Assembly: GCA_900541715.1 (NCBI GenBank)
Contig: UQLI01000001.1
Location: 92,321-156,320, forward strand
Source: an uncultured Collinsella sp.
GTDB lineage: Bacteria > Actinomycetota > Coriobacteriia > Coriobacteriales > Coriobacteriaceae
DNA length: 64,000 bases
Direction of reading: 5' to 3'
This document shows, one piece after another, positions 27,983 to 38,115 of the stretch. The number at the start of each line of letters is the position of its first letter. The first letter of the stretch is position 1. Below the pieces are notes generated by a model. The model did not search any database and had not been told where the DNA came from. It saw nothing but the letters and a program-made list of their open reading frames with translations. Position numbers and translations under genes: made by a program.

Positions 27983-28948
27983 ATGGAGCGTGGGATCTTG
28001 ACACAAGAATATCGGCATGAACCTGTCATGCTCGGCGAAGTGCTTGAGTCGCTGCGGCTAAAGAGCGGCTCCGTTGTCTGCGATTGCACCCTTGGCGGTG
28101 CCGGCCATTCGGTAAAGATGGCCGCGCAGGTGGGGGAGACGGGCCTTTTGCTCGGCGTCGATCAGGACGACATGGCCCTCGAGGCCGCTGGCGCCCGTCT
28201 GGACCGCGAGGTTCCCGGTGTTCCGCACCAGCTGCTGAAGGGCAACTTCGGCGACTTGGACGAGCTTCTTTGCTCGGCCGAGGTGCCCGGGGTCGATGGC
28301 TTCCTGTTCGATTTGGGCGTTTCGTCACCGCAACTCGATATCCCTGGCAGGGGCTTTTCGTATAACGAGGACGCCCCATTGGACATGCGGATGGATCCGG
28401 GTAATAACACCTTAAACGCAGCTGAGGTCATCAACACCTATAACGAACACGACCTCGCCCGGATTCTACGCGTCTACGGCGAAGAGAAGTTCGCCTCGCA
28501 GATCGCGCGCGAGATCGTGCGCCGCCGCGAGCAAGAACCGATCGAAACCACCGGCCAATTTGTCGAGATCATCAAGGCGGGTATCCCGGCTGCCGCTCGT
28601 CGGCATGGCGGACACCCGGCCAAGAAAAGTTTCCAGGCCATTCGCATCGAGGTCAATCACGAGCTCGATGTGCTCGAACGAGGGCTTGATGCCGCCACCA
28701 GGTGGCTCAACCCGGGCGGACGTATCTGCGTCATCTCGTATCACTCGCTCGAAGACCGTATCGTAAAGAACCACTTTAAGGAGATGAGCCAGGGGTGCAC
28801 GTGTCCGCCGGAGATTCCGGTGTGCGTGTGCGGCAACGTGCCGATACTCAAGGTCATCACCCGCAAACCCTTGGTTGCCCAGCCTGATGAGGTTGAGCGC
28901 AACCCTCGGGCGAGATCAGCCAAAATCCGCGTGGCGCAGCGTCTGTAA
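27983..28948 (+). CDS. rsmH: 16S rRNA (cytosine1402-N4)-methyltransferase
   Basis: 321 aa. HEPVMLGEVLE, DCTLGGAGHS, DLGVSSPQLD and SYHSLEDR motifs. Confidence 0.95.
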   Translation: MERGILTQEYRHEPVMLGEVLESLRLKSGSVVCDCTLGGAGHSVKMAAQVGETGLLLGVDQDDMALEAAGARLDREVPGVPHQLLKGNFGDLDELLCSAEVPGVDGFLFDLGVSSPQLDIPGRGFSYNEDAPLDMRMDPGNNTLNAAEVINTYNEHDLARILRVYGEEKFASQIAREIVRRREQEPIETTGQFVEIIKAGIPAAARRHGGHPAKKSFQAIRIEVNHELDVLERGLDAATRWLNPGGRICVISYHSLEDRIVKNHFKEMSQGCTCPPEIPVCVCGNVPILKVITRKPLVAQPDEVERNPRARSAKIRVAQRL

Positions 28949-29038
28949 GCGCGACCGCGCGATATTGGACCTCCCGCTCGCACCATAAACGAAGCTTAAA
29001 CACACTACCAACGTACTCGGGATGGGAGGCGGCATATC

Positions 29039-29509
29039 ATGGGCTACAACACTTCAAGCGCAGCACTCGCCTATGATATGAACGCCATGCCCGCCTATCG
29101 TGAGACGCCGCAGGCCCCCGTTGCTCCCCGTGAGCAGCGCGCGCCGCGCTTTGATGTCTACACGGGCGCGGGCCGTCAGGCAAACCAGGCGGTAAGCCCG
29201 GTTTTCATGAGCGTTCTTAAAACGTTTTGCATCATTGCGGCTATCTTCATGACGATCGGCGTCGCCCGCGTGGCGCTCGCCGGCGTTACGGCCCAGATGC
29301 TCAACAGCAACGCCGAGCTTACCAGCACGCTCGAAAAGGCGACCGATGAGAGCTCCGACCTGGAGGTCATGCATTCGGTCTATGGCGCCGACACGCGCAT
29401 TCGCGACCTTGCGGGCGCTTATGGCATGGTGGAGCCCAGCGAGAGCGTTACACTTGACTTTTCGCAGGATGCAGCCGCGGGCGCCAACGCGACCGCGACC
29501 GCTCAGTAG
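29039..29509 (+). CDS. ftsL: FtsL-like single-pass cell division protein
   Basis: 156 aa, one TM helix (FCIIAAIFMTIGVARVALAG). The call rests on its position between rsmH and ftsI, not on sequence motifs. Confidence 0.55.
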   Translation: MGYNTSSAALAYDMNAMPAYRETPQAPVAPREQRAPRFDVYTGAGRQANQAVSPVFMSVLKTFCIIAAIFMTIGVARVALAGVTAQMLNSNAELTSTLEKATDESSDLEVMHSVYGADTRIRDLAGAYGMVEPSESVTLDFSQDAAAGANATATAQ

Positions 29510-29526
29510 CAAGACGGTAGCTGAGT

Positions 29527-31392
29527 ATGACAAATGACTATCGCCGCGGTTCCGATGGGGGCCGCGGTTCTGGACGTCCCTCGTCGCGGGGACGTTCTGG
29601 TTATCAAGGAACGGGTCGGCAATCTTACAACGCCGGGCAGTCCCGTGGCAACGACCCGGCGTCGCGACTTCGCGGCTCGGACGGCCCTCAAGTGCATAAC
29701 ACCAGGTCGCGCAAGAGTTCGTCGACCGAATGGCTCACAGGCGCACCTCTGCCTCGCCGCAAAGCCGTCATGGGCTTCATCGGGCTTGGCTTGGGCTTGG
29801 GCGTCTTTCGCCTTGCCGACTATCAAATTGTCGAAGCCGATAAACTGCGCGAGCGTGCCGATGCGCGCCGCCTGCTTGCGCAGACCCTCTATGCCAAACG
29901 CGGCACCGTCTACGACCGCAATGGTAACGTGCTGGCGTCGTCGGTCGAATGTCGCAACATCGCCGTGAACCCGCAGCTTGTCGAGGACGTTGACAAGACG
30001 GTGTCGGCGCTGGTCAAGGCAACTGGAATCGATAAAAAGACCTGCCGCAAGCTCGTTGAGTCCGATGGCACCTGGGTGTATATCAAGCGCCAGGTGGACG
30101 AAGACGATGCTGTGGCGCTGGAGAAGAAGAACCTGCCCGGCGTGCTTTTTGAGCAGGCCATGAAGCGCGTATATCCATACGGCAATCTGGCATCGCAGGT
30201 GCTAGGTGTAGTGAATGTAGACAACGACGGCTTGACGGGTCTCGAAAAGCAATACAACAAGCTTCTGACCGGCACGAACGGTTCTCTCGTACGCGAGCGC
30301 GCGAGGGACGGCAGCTATATCGCGGGCGGTGCCTATAAAAAGGTGGCTGCGGTCGACGGCGTTGATATCGTGACGACGCTCGACGTCAATATCCAGCGTG
30401 CGGCCGAGGATGCCCTGGCAGAGGCAGTTGAGAAGACTAAGGCCAAGAACGGCTCGGCGCTGGTCACCGATCCTACGACAGGCGAGATTTTGGCAGCCTG
30501 CTCGTACCCGACCTACGACCAGACCGATCTGGAGAATGCCAAGACCGAGGATATGAATCTGCGCCTGGTCACCGACGCCTACGAGCCCGGCTCGGTCTTT
30601 AAGACGCTCGTGGCGGGCGCCGGCTTCGACTTGGGTGTCGTGCGATCGAGTACGTCGTTTGAGGTGCCGGCGAGCATCAAGGTGGGCGACGATACCGTCA
30701 CCGATGCCGACAAGCGCGACTACGCCATGACCATGGATGTGCGCGAGATGATGCGCCGTTCGTCCAACGTGGGCTTTGTCCTGGTGGGGCGCAAGATCGG
30801 TGCCGACGACTTTGCCGCCTATGTGGACAAGTGGGGCATCGGTCACAGCTCTGGTGTAGATTTTCCGGGCGAGAGCCTGGGTATCGTCAAGGAGCGTGAC
30901 CAGTATGACGGCGCCACACTGGGCTCGATGAGCTTTGGACAGGCACTGTCCGTCTCGCCGATTGAGATCGCACGTGCCGTGGGCGGCATCGCCAACGGCG
31001 GCGTGATGATGACACCGCACTTCTATAAGTCCAGCAAAGGCGACGAGAAGGACTGGGGCGAAGGCGAGCGCGCGATTTCTGAGGATGCTGCATCCCAGGT
31101 GACATCGTGCATGCAGACGGTCGTGTCCGAGGGAACGGGCGTTGGCGGCGCGGTTGACGGCTATGACGTGGCGGGTAAGACCGGTACGGCCGAACGTGCC
31201 GACGAGAACGGCGGCTACCTCAAGGAGAACTACATGTCGTCCTTTATGGGCTTTGCACCGGCACAATCGCCCAAGGTGCTGTGCTATATCACGCTCGACG
31301 GAACGCCGAGCGGCTCAGATGCCGCTGCGGTGCCGTTCCAGTCCATTATGGCCAACGCGCTCGACGTGCTGGGTATCCCGCGCACGAGGTAG
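29527..31392 (+). CDS. ftsI: Class B penicillin-binding protein (FtsI-type transpeptidase)
   Basis: 621 aa. SxxK (GSVFK), SxN (SSN) and KTG (GKTGTA) motifs. A roughly 80-aa Arg/Gly/Ser-rich cytoplasmic N-terminus precedes the TM helix. Confidence 0.88.
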   Translation: MTNDYRRGSDGGRGSGRPSSRGRSGYQGTGRQSYNAGQSRGNDPASRLRGSDGPQVHNTRSRKSSSTEWLTGAPLPRRKAVMGFIGLGLGLGVFRLADYQIVEADKLRERADARRLLAQTLYAKRGTVYDRNGNVLASSVECRNIAVNPQLVEDVDKTVSALVKATGIDKKTCRKLVESDGTWVYIKRQVDEDDAVALEKKNLPGVLFEQAMKRVYPYGNLASQVLGVVNVDNDGLTGLEKQYNKLLTGTNGSLVRERARDGSYIAGGAYKKVAAVDGVDIVTTLDVNIQRAAEDALAEAVEKTKAKNGSALVTDPTTGEILAACSYPTYDQTDLENAKTEDMNLRLVTDAYEPGSVFKTLVAGAGFDLGVVRSSTSFEVPASIKVGDDTVTDADKRDYAMTMDVREMMRRSSNVGFVLVGRKIGADDFAAYVDKWGIGHSSGVDFPGESLGIVKERDQYDGATLGSMSFGQALSVSPIEIARAVGGIANGGVMMTPHFYKSSKGDEKDWGEGERAISEDAASQVTSCMQTVVSEGTGVGGAVDGYDVAGKTGTAERADENGGYLKENYMSSFMGFAPAQSPKVLCYITLDGTPSGSDAAAVPFQSIMANALDVLGIPRTR

Positions 31393-31519
31393 GGGGTTAC
31401 AATCTTTGGGGCGTGGTTTGTTGTCCCATATGAGGGGTGTTCACATGCCCTGCACCACGCATGCGCGGCGCTGGGATACAATACGCCGATAGCATTATTA
31501 GGTTTACAGGGGAGCTGCA

Positions 31520-32944
31520 ATGATAGAGATCGCCGTCAACAACCTCGCGGCCGCAACAGGGGCCCGAACCGTGACGGGAGAAGCCGATCGGGTATGCCGC
31601 GGGTGCGTTATCGACTCGCGTCAGGTCGAGGAAGGGACGATTTTCGTCGCCTTTCCCGGTGAAAACGTCGACGGCAATGATTTTGCTTCCCGTGCCGTCC
31701 AGTCGGGTGCCGGCGCCGTCGTGATGACGCGTGAGCCCGAGGCCGAGCTGGTCTCGCTGGCGCAGGACAAGGGCTGTGCCATCTTGCTGACCGATGATCC
31801 CGAGGAGTTTCTGCTGCGTTTGGCGCACGCGTACCGTCTGGAGCTTGGCTGCCTGGTCGTTGGCATTACCGGTTCCATCGGCAAGACGACGACCAAGGAC
31901 GTGCTCGCCGCTGTGCTCGCCAAGCGCTATCGTGTCTGGGCCACCAAGGGCAATTTCAATAACCTGATCGGCATGCCGCTCACGGTGCTTTCCGCTCCGG
32001 CCGATACCGAGGTCCTGGTGCTCGAGATGGGCATGAACCATTTCCACGAGATTGAGCGCCTGTCCCAGTCCGCCAATCCCAACCTTGCCATCGTGAGCAA
32101 GATCGGTACCTCTCACATCGGCATTTTGGGCAGCCGCGAGAACATCGCCCGCGCTAAGGCCGAGATTGTCCAGGGTATGTGCGCCGCCGGCGACTATTTG
32201 CCGCTACTGGTTTTGGGCGGCGAGGACGACTTTACGCCGTTCATTCGCGATACGTTCGCCCAGCCTGCTGGTATCGATGTGATGCTGGCCGGCGTCTCGG
32301 ACGATGATGAGGTCCGCGCCCGCGAAGTTCGTGTTGATGACGAGGGCCGTCCGGTCTTTACGCTCGATTTTGGTCAGGGCGAGACAATCGATACCATGCT
32401 TGCTATCCCCGGCGTGCAGTCCGTTCCAAATGCCGTTAAGGCCGCCGCGGTTGCCTATCGCCTGGGCGTGACGCCCGAGCAGATCGATGCTGCCTTTAGG
32501 GGCCTCACGATTACCGGTCACCGCCAGGAGATCAAGCGCGCCAAGAGCGGTGCCCGCGTCATTGACGATTCCTATAACGCCAGCGCCGAATCCATGGCTG
32601 CTGGTCTCGATCTACTGTGCTCGCTTTCGTGCACGGGGTCTCGCATGGCGATCCTGGGCGAGATGGGCGAGATGGGCGATGAGGCTCCTCGCATGCATGA
32701 GCTCGTGGGCGCCTATGCCGCCGCCAAGAAGCTCGACATGCTGGCGTGCGTGGGTGGTGAGCTGGCCCAGCTTATGGCCGATGCCGCGCGCATGATGGGT
32801 ATGGACGAGGACCGCATCCAGGTGTTCTCCGATTATCAGCAGGTGCTCGACCGCATGGGCGGCGCGCTTGAAAAACATGATGTTGTACTGGTCAAGGGTT
32901 CCCGCTTTGTTGAGCTCGACCGCTTTGTGGAAGGTGTGTGCTAG
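31520..32944 (+). CDS. murF: UDP-N-acetylmuramoyl-tripeptide--D-alanyl-D-alanine ligase
   Basis: 474 aa. P-loop GITGSIGKTTTKD and Mur ligase middle and C-terminal domains (DDSYNAS). Confidence 0.88.
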   Translation: MIEIAVNNLAAATGARTVTGEADRVCRGCVIDSRQVEEGTIFVAFPGENVDGNDFASRAVQSGAGAVVMTREPEAELVSLAQDKGCAILLTDDPEEFLLRLAHAYRLELGCLVVGITGSIGKTTTKDVLAAVLAKRYRVWATKGNFNNLIGMPLTVLSAPADTEVLVLEMGMNHFHEIERLSQSANPNLAIVSKIGTSHIGILGSRENIARAKAEIVQGMCAAGDYLPLLVLGGEDDFTPFIRDTFAQPAGIDVMLAGVSDDDEVRAREVRVDDEGRPVFTLDFGQGETIDTMLAIPGVQSVPNAVKAAAVAYRLGVTPEQIDAAFRGLTITGHRQEIKRAKSGARVIDDSYNASAESMAAGLDLLCSLSCTGSRMAILGEMGEMGDEAPRMHELVGAYAAAKKLDMLACVGGELAQLMADAARMMGMDEDRIQVFSDYQQVLDRMGGALEKHDVVLVKGSRFVELDRFVEGVC

Positions 32945-32947
32945 CCC

Positions 32948-33967
32948 ATGTTCGGCAATCCCTCGTATCCAACGTATCAGGCTTTTTTGGGGCTTGGCAT
33001 CGCCGCCGCCATTGCGCTGCTGCTCATGCCGTGGTGGATCAAGCTACTCAAGGTCGAGGGTATCGGCCAGCAGGTTCGTGCCGACGGCCCCAAGCGTCAT
33101 TTGGTTAAGCAGGGAACGCCCACCATGGGTGGCGTTGTCATCCTCGTCGCGATCTCGCTGACCTGCCTGCTGATGGGCAAGCTCACCACCGAGCTCGTGC
33201 TCGTGCTGCTCGCCACGCTGGCGACCGGCGTTCTGGGCCTGATTGACGACCTGACCTCCGTTACGCATGGGCGCTCGCTCGGTCTGACGCCTCATGCCAA
33301 GATGATCGGTCTAACCATTATCTGTGTCACCTTTACGGTACTTGCCGTTAACTGGTGCGGCGTCGCCCCCGAGATTCGTTTTCCCGGCGGCCTGACGATC
33401 GACCTTGGCGTGCTTTCGACCACCATCTGCGGCCTTTCGTTCCCGTGGCTCTACGTTGTCTTTTGCTGGCTGATGATCGCCGGTCTTTCTAATGCCGTGA
33501 ACCTGACCGATGGCCTTGACGGTCTTGCTGGTGGCACCTCCATGATCGCTATGCTCGCCATGGCCGCCATGGCGTTTTTGCACGGAGACGTGAACCTGTC
33601 CATCTTCTGCACCGCGTGTGCCGGTGCCTGCTTGGGCTTTCTGTGGTTCAACTGCTATCCGGCGAGCATCTTTATGGGCGATACCGGCTCGCTTGCCCTG
33701 GGTGCCGCGTTTGCCTGCACGTCCATCATGACCAACACCGAGGTCGTCTCCCTCATCATCGGTGGCCTGTTTATCGTTGAGACCCTGTCGGTCATGATTC
33801 AGGTTGTCTACTTCCACTTTACGCACAAGCGCGTCTTCCTTATGGCGCCCATCCATCATCATTTCGAAAAGAAGGGCTGGGCCGAGACCAAGGTCGTCAT
33901 CCGTTTTTGGATTATCGCTGCGGCCTTTGGTGCCGTTGGCCTTGCTTTGTTCTTCCAGTTGGGATAG
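32948..33967 (+). CDS. mraY: Phospho-N-acetylmuramoyl-pentapeptide transferase
   Basis: 339 aa. KQGTPTMGG, NLTDGLDGLA and MAPIHHHFE motifs. Confidence 0.95.
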   Translation: MFGNPSYPTYQAFLGLGIAAAIALLLMPWWIKLLKVEGIGQQVRADGPKRHLVKQGTPTMGGVVILVAISLTCLLMGKLTTELVLVLLATLATGVLGLIDDLTSVTHGRSLGLTPHAKMIGLTIICVTFTVLAVNWCGVAPEIRFPGGLTIDLGVLSTTICGLSFPWLYVVFCWLMIAGLSNAVNLTDGLDGLAGGTSMIAMLAMAAMAFLHGDVNLSIFCTACAGACLGFLWFNCYPASIFMGDTGSLALGAAFACTSIMTNTEVVSLIIGGLFIVETLSVMIQVVYFHFTHKRVFLMAPIHHHFEKKGWAETKVVIRFWIIAAAFGAVGLALFFQLG

Positions 33968-33976
33968 TGGTCTTTC

Positions 33977-35383
33977 ATGCCTCTTGCTGATGTCTTTAGC
34001 CTGCTCGTTTTGGGTCAGGGCAAATCCGGTCTCGATGTCGCCCGCTGGGCGCTGGAACATCCCGAGCGCGTAAGCGCCGTTACCGTGTATGGCGGCGGCA
34101 CCTCTGAGCCCAATGACGCCACGCGTGCGCTCGAGGCTGCTGGTGCGTCGTTTGTCTATGGGGCCGAACAGGTCGAGGGCGCCTATGACGTGTGCGTGAC
34201 ATGCCCGGGTATTTCGGAGTTCTCGTCCTTCTTTAAGGCGGGGCGTGAGCATGCCGCTCAGATTATGGGCGAGCCCGAGTTTGCCTATCGCTTGTCTCCC
34301 CAAAATTGGATTGCCATCACGGGCACCAACGGCAAGACAACTACCACGTCGCTGACTGATTATCTGCTCAAGGCCGCCGGTGAAGCCAGCGTGGCCGTCG
34401 GCAATATCGGTGAGCCGCCCGTGAACGAGATCGACGGCCGCGCACATAATGAGTGGTTTGTGGCCGAGCTGTCGAGTTATCAGATTGCTACGACCGCCGA
34501 GCTTCATCCTCGCGTGGCGGTGCTGCTCAACATCACGCCCGACCACCTGGGCTGGCACAAGAGCCACAAGAACTATGCGCTTGCCAAGATCAAGTTGTTC
34601 GAGAATATGGTCGACGACGACCTCGTGGTTATCGACGTTGAGGATGCCGGCATCCATGAGTTCGATGAGTACATCTACATGCCGGGCCGCCGCATCTGCA
34701 AGGTCGCTTTTGACGAGCCCGAGGGTGCAGACGCCGCCTTTGTGCGCGACGGCAAGTTGGTCGTCCGCCTGAAGGGCGTCGAGACTCAGCTTGTCGCCAC
34801 TTCCGAGCTCAAGATCTCGGGCCATCACAATGTCATCAATGCCCTATGTGCTGCCACGGCTGCTTTGGCCGTCGGTGCCGATCCCGAGGGCATTTGCCGT
34901 GGTTTGGCATCGTTCCAGCCGCTGGAGCACCGCGTTGAGCCCTGTGGCGAGATCGATGGCGTGCGCTACGTCAACGATTCCAAGGCAACGAACACCGATG
35001 CAGTCGAAAAGGCCCTGACGGCGTTTCCCGACGACGATGTGATTTTGCTGCTCGGCGGCCACGATAAGGGTACGCCGCTTGCGGACTTTGCCCGCGTCGT
35101 TATGGACAACGTGCGCTCGGTCGTTTGCTTTGGCGATGCGCGCGAGCGCTTTACCGCCGCTATGGACGAGGCCGATGTCGATGGTGACGTGGATATCGCC
35201 CAGGCGGATGACCTGCGCGATGCCGTGGACGTCGCCCGTTCGCTGTCGAGCCGTGGCGACGTGATCTTACTTTCTCCTGCCTGCTCTTCGTTCGATGAGT
35301 TCTCGGGCTATGAGGAGCGCGGCCGCGTGTTTAAGGACTATGTGGCCCAGCTTGCCGCTGCGGCGAAATCGCAAATGGAATAG
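33977..35383 (+). CDS. murD: UDP-N-acetylmuramoylalanine--D-glutamate ligase
   Basis: 468 aa. ITGTNGKTTTTSL P-loop and NDSKATN motif. Confidence 0.92.
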   Translation: MPLADVFSLLVLGQGKSGLDVARWALEHPERVSAVTVYGGGTSEPNDATRALEAAGASFVYGAEQVEGAYDVCVTCPGISEFSSFFKAGREHAAQIMGEPEFAYRLSPQNWIAITGTNGKTTTTSLTDYLLKAAGEASVAVGNIGEPPVNEIDGRAHNEWFVAELSSYQIATTAELHPRVAVLLNITPDHLGWHKSHKNYALAKIKLFENMVDDDLVVIDVEDAGIHEFDEYIYMPGRRICKVAFDEPEGADAAFVRDGKLVVRLKGVETQLVATSELKISGHHNVINALCAATAALAVGADPEGICRGLASFQPLEHRVEPCGEIDGVRYVNDSKATNTDAVEKALTAFPDDDVILLLGGHDKGTPLADFARVVMDNVRSVVCFGDARERFTAAMDEADVDGDVDIAQADDLRDAVDVARSLSSRGDVILLSPACSSFDEFSGYEERGRVFKDYVAQLAAAAKSQME

Positions 35384-35386
35384 GGG

Positions 35387-36913
35387 TTGCCGGTGAGAGA
35401 GGAGAGCCCCCGACAAGGTATGAGGAGGCCCGACTCGGACCGTGCTTCCTCGCGGCGCAGCACACCGCGTTCCGGTCGCGGCAGGCAGACGTTTAGCGAA
35501 CGCTATATTGCCGGCGTTCCCGCCCGTATCATGCGCCCCCGTTTGATATTCATGGCCTGCCTGTTTACCTTGGTGTGCTTTGGCCTGCTGATGGTGTACT
35601 CGGCGTCTTCGGTCGAGGCGCTGCACGAGAATGGCTCGGCGACGTTTTTTCTGTTTCGACAAGCCGCGTTTGCCGGAGTTGGCGTGCTGGCTATGGTTGC
35701 CATCGTGCGCGTTTTGCCGGACAGCTGGTTTGGGGAGGATGTGCTCAGGATCTTCCTCATAGGCATGATAGGGCTACTGTTTCTGGTGTTCTTGGTGGGC
35801 AGCGGCAGCCGTGGCGCCACGCGCTGGCTCAACATCGCCGGCATTCAGTTCCAGCCTTCCGAGTTTTTAAAGCCATTTGCCATTGCGTATTCGGCCATCA
35901 TGCTCGATCGCTTCTTTTCGCCCGGTGGCAACATCAACGAATTCCTTCGCAAGATGGGCATCTACCTGGGCATTTCGCTCTTTCTGATCTTTATCCAGCC
36001 CGATTTCGGTACTGTCCTGATCATCCTGTTGACCCTCATGTGCATGGCGTTGTTTGCGGGTCTCGACCCCAGATTTATCATCGGCGTGCTAATCTTCGGC
36101 ATTCTCGTGATCGTGATTGCGCTTGTCGCAGAGCCGTACCGTATGGTGCGTATTCAGGTTGCCTTGAACCCTTGGGCCGACGAGTATGGTGACGGCTATC
36201 AGGCCACGCTTGCCATCATGGCCTTTGCCTCGGGCGGTCTGTTCGGCCGTGGCATCGGCAACTCAACCATGAAGTACTCGTATCTGCCCGAGGCGCACAA
36301 TGACTACATCCTGGCTATCATTGGCGAGGAAGTCGGCTTTGTCGGAACCGTGCTGTTCTTCTTGGTGTTTGCGATGCTGATCTACTCGGCGTTTCGCATT
36401 GCCGAGCAGGCGACCGATCGTCGGGGCGCGCTCATGGCGTCTGGCTCCGCGGTCATTCTCGCAGTGCAGTTTTTGATTAACGCGCTGGGCATCCTCAACG
36501 TGTTTCCCATGACGGGCAAACCGTTGCCGTTTATTAGCTACGGCGGTTCGTCGATTATTGTGTCGCTCATGCTTGCCGGGTTGATCCTGCGCGTTTCGTA
36601 CGAGAGCGCCCGCCGCGATGAGTATGACCGCCGCCGCGAGAGCTTTGCCGTTATGGATGAGAGTACCGCCGGCGTGCCCCACGTGCGCGGCGAGCGATCT
36701 TCGCGTAACGGTTTTACCGTCCTGGATGGCTCTGCGACCGAGCCGGCAGCCCGCCCGCGTCAGCGAACGGCGCCGCAAGGTCGTCCTCAGCGCCCCAGCC
36801 CTCGCAACGCGGGCGGCGGATATAATCGAATCGATTTGAACTCGGACCCGTCGGCGCGTCTGCGTACCGACGACCAGGGACCGCGTGTACGAAGGGACTA
36901 CCATGACCGATAA
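35387..36913 (+). CDS. ftsW: SEDS-family peptidoglycan glycosyltransferase FtsW
   Basis: 508 aa on the track model (TTG start; GTG at 35393 is also possible). QPSEFLKP and PLPFISYGGSS motifs. About 110 aa of disordered C-terminal tail. Confidence 0.88.
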   Translation: MPVREESPRQGMRRPDSDRASSRRSTPRSGRGRQTFSERYIAGVPARIMRPRLIFMACLFTLVCFGLLMVYSASSVEALHENGSATFFLFRQAAFAGVGVLAMVAIVRVLPDSWFGEDVLRIFLIGMIGLLFLVFLVGSGSRGATRWLNIAGIQFQPSEFLKPFAIAYSAIMLDRFFSPGGNINEFLRKMGIYLGISLFLIFIQPDFGTVLIILLTLMCMALFAGLDPRFIIGVLIFGILVIVIALVAEPYRMVRIQVALNPWADEYGDGYQATLAIMAFASGGLFGRGIGNSTMKYSYLPEAHNDYILAIIGEEVGFVGTVLFFLVFAMLIYSAFRIAEQATDRRGALMASGSAVILAVQFLINALGILNVFPMTGKPLPFISYGGSSIIVSLMLAGLILRVSYESARRDEYDRRRESFAVMDESTAGVPHVRGERSSRNGFTVLDGSATEPAARPRQRTAPQGRPQRPSPRNAGGGYNRIDLNSDPSARLRTDDQGPRVRRDYHDR

Positions 36914-38018
36914 AATGACCGTTGCTATTGCAGCCGGCGGCACGGCCGGGCACATCAACCCCGCGCTCGCCTTGGCCGAAGAGCTGCGTGACCGTGGCCA
37001 CCACGTTGTGTTCGTGGGCCAGTCGCGCAAGCTCGAGGGTCGTCTGGTCCCCGAGGCTGGGTTTGATTTTGTGCCCATTACGGTCACGGGCTTCGACCGC
37101 TCCCGTCCTTGGACGGCGCTGACCTCGCTGTGGCGTGTCAACAAAGCCAAGCGTGCGCTCGCCAGTCATTTCTCAAAGGTCGGCAAGCCCGATGCCGCCA
37201 TTGGTTTTGGTGCCTATGTCGAGGTTCCGCTGCTGGGGTGGTGCAAGGGCGCGGGCGTTCCGTATCTGCTGCATGAGCAGAACTCTGTTCCGGGCCTGGC
37301 CAACAAGATGATGAACTCCCACGCCGCCCGCGTGTGCATCTCGGTGCCGGCAGCGCGTTCGGTCTTTGAGCGCGAAGGTGACCCTGACCACGTGCTCATG
37401 ACCGGCAACCCCGTACGTCGCTCGGTGATCGAGGGCGATCGCGCTCGCGGCCGCAAGGCACTTGGCGTTCCCGAGGACGCTACGCTGCTGCTCGTCTTTG
37501 GCGGTTCACTTGGCGCCCAGCACCTCAACGAGCGTGTGGCTTCGCTCAAAAACGAGCTGCTTTCGCGCAAGAACCTCTATGTGTTGCATTCGACGGGTGC
37601 CGACGGCTTTGAGGAGACCGAGCGCGCTTTGGCGCTGACGCCCGAGGAGGCGAAGCGTTACCGCGTCCAGCCTTACATCGACAACATGGGCGATATGCTG
37701 GCTGCTGCCGATTTGGTGCTCTCGCGTTCGGGCGCATCGAGCGTGGCCGAGATCGCTGCACTCGCCGTGCCTTCGGTGCTCGTGCCGTACCCGCATGCGA
37801 CGGCCGACCACCAAACCACCAATGCCCGTTATCTGGTCGACGCTGGGGCCGGCGTGCTCTGCGCCGATGCCGATATCGACGGTTCTGCCTTTGCCGATGA
37901 ACTGCTGCACCTGGTCGATGACGCGGCGGCGCGCGACGCCATGCGTCAGGCGGCGCGTGGTCTGGCTCAGGATAGGGCCGCCGCTCTTCTGGCGGATGCG
38001 GTAGAGGGTTTGCGTTAG
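36903..38018 (+). CDS. murG: Undecaprenyldiphospho-muramoylpentapeptide beta-N-acetylglucosaminyltransferase
   Basis: AAGGTAGHINPALALAEEL N-terminus and SRSGASSVAEI motif. GAAGGGA RBS. Overlaps the ftsW 3' end by 11 nt. Confidence 0.93.
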   Translation: MTDKMTVAIAAGGTAGHINPALALAEELRDRGHHVVFVGQSRKLEGRLVPEAGFDFVPITVTGFDRSRPWTALTSLWRVNKAKRALASHFSKVGKPDAAIGFGAYVEVPLLGWCKGAGVPYLLHEQNSVPGLANKMMNSHAARVCISVPAARSVFEREGDPDHVLMTGNPVRRSVIEGDRARGRKALGVPEDATLLLVFGGSLGAQHLNERVASLKNELLSRKNLYVLHSTGADGFEETERALALTPEEAKRYRVQPYIDNMGDMLAAADLVLSRSGASSVAEIAALAVPSVLVPYPHATADHQTTNARYLVDAGAGVLCADADIDGSAFADELLHLVDDAAARDAMRQAARGLAQDRAAALLADAVEGLR

Positions 38019-38115
38019 TTAGACGGGATATCGTCGGTCGCCCTCGCGCTGATGCGGTAGGTGCGGTACAGTTAACGGGTTACAGGCAGTGTTTACGCAA
38101 GGAGTACACGAGCAC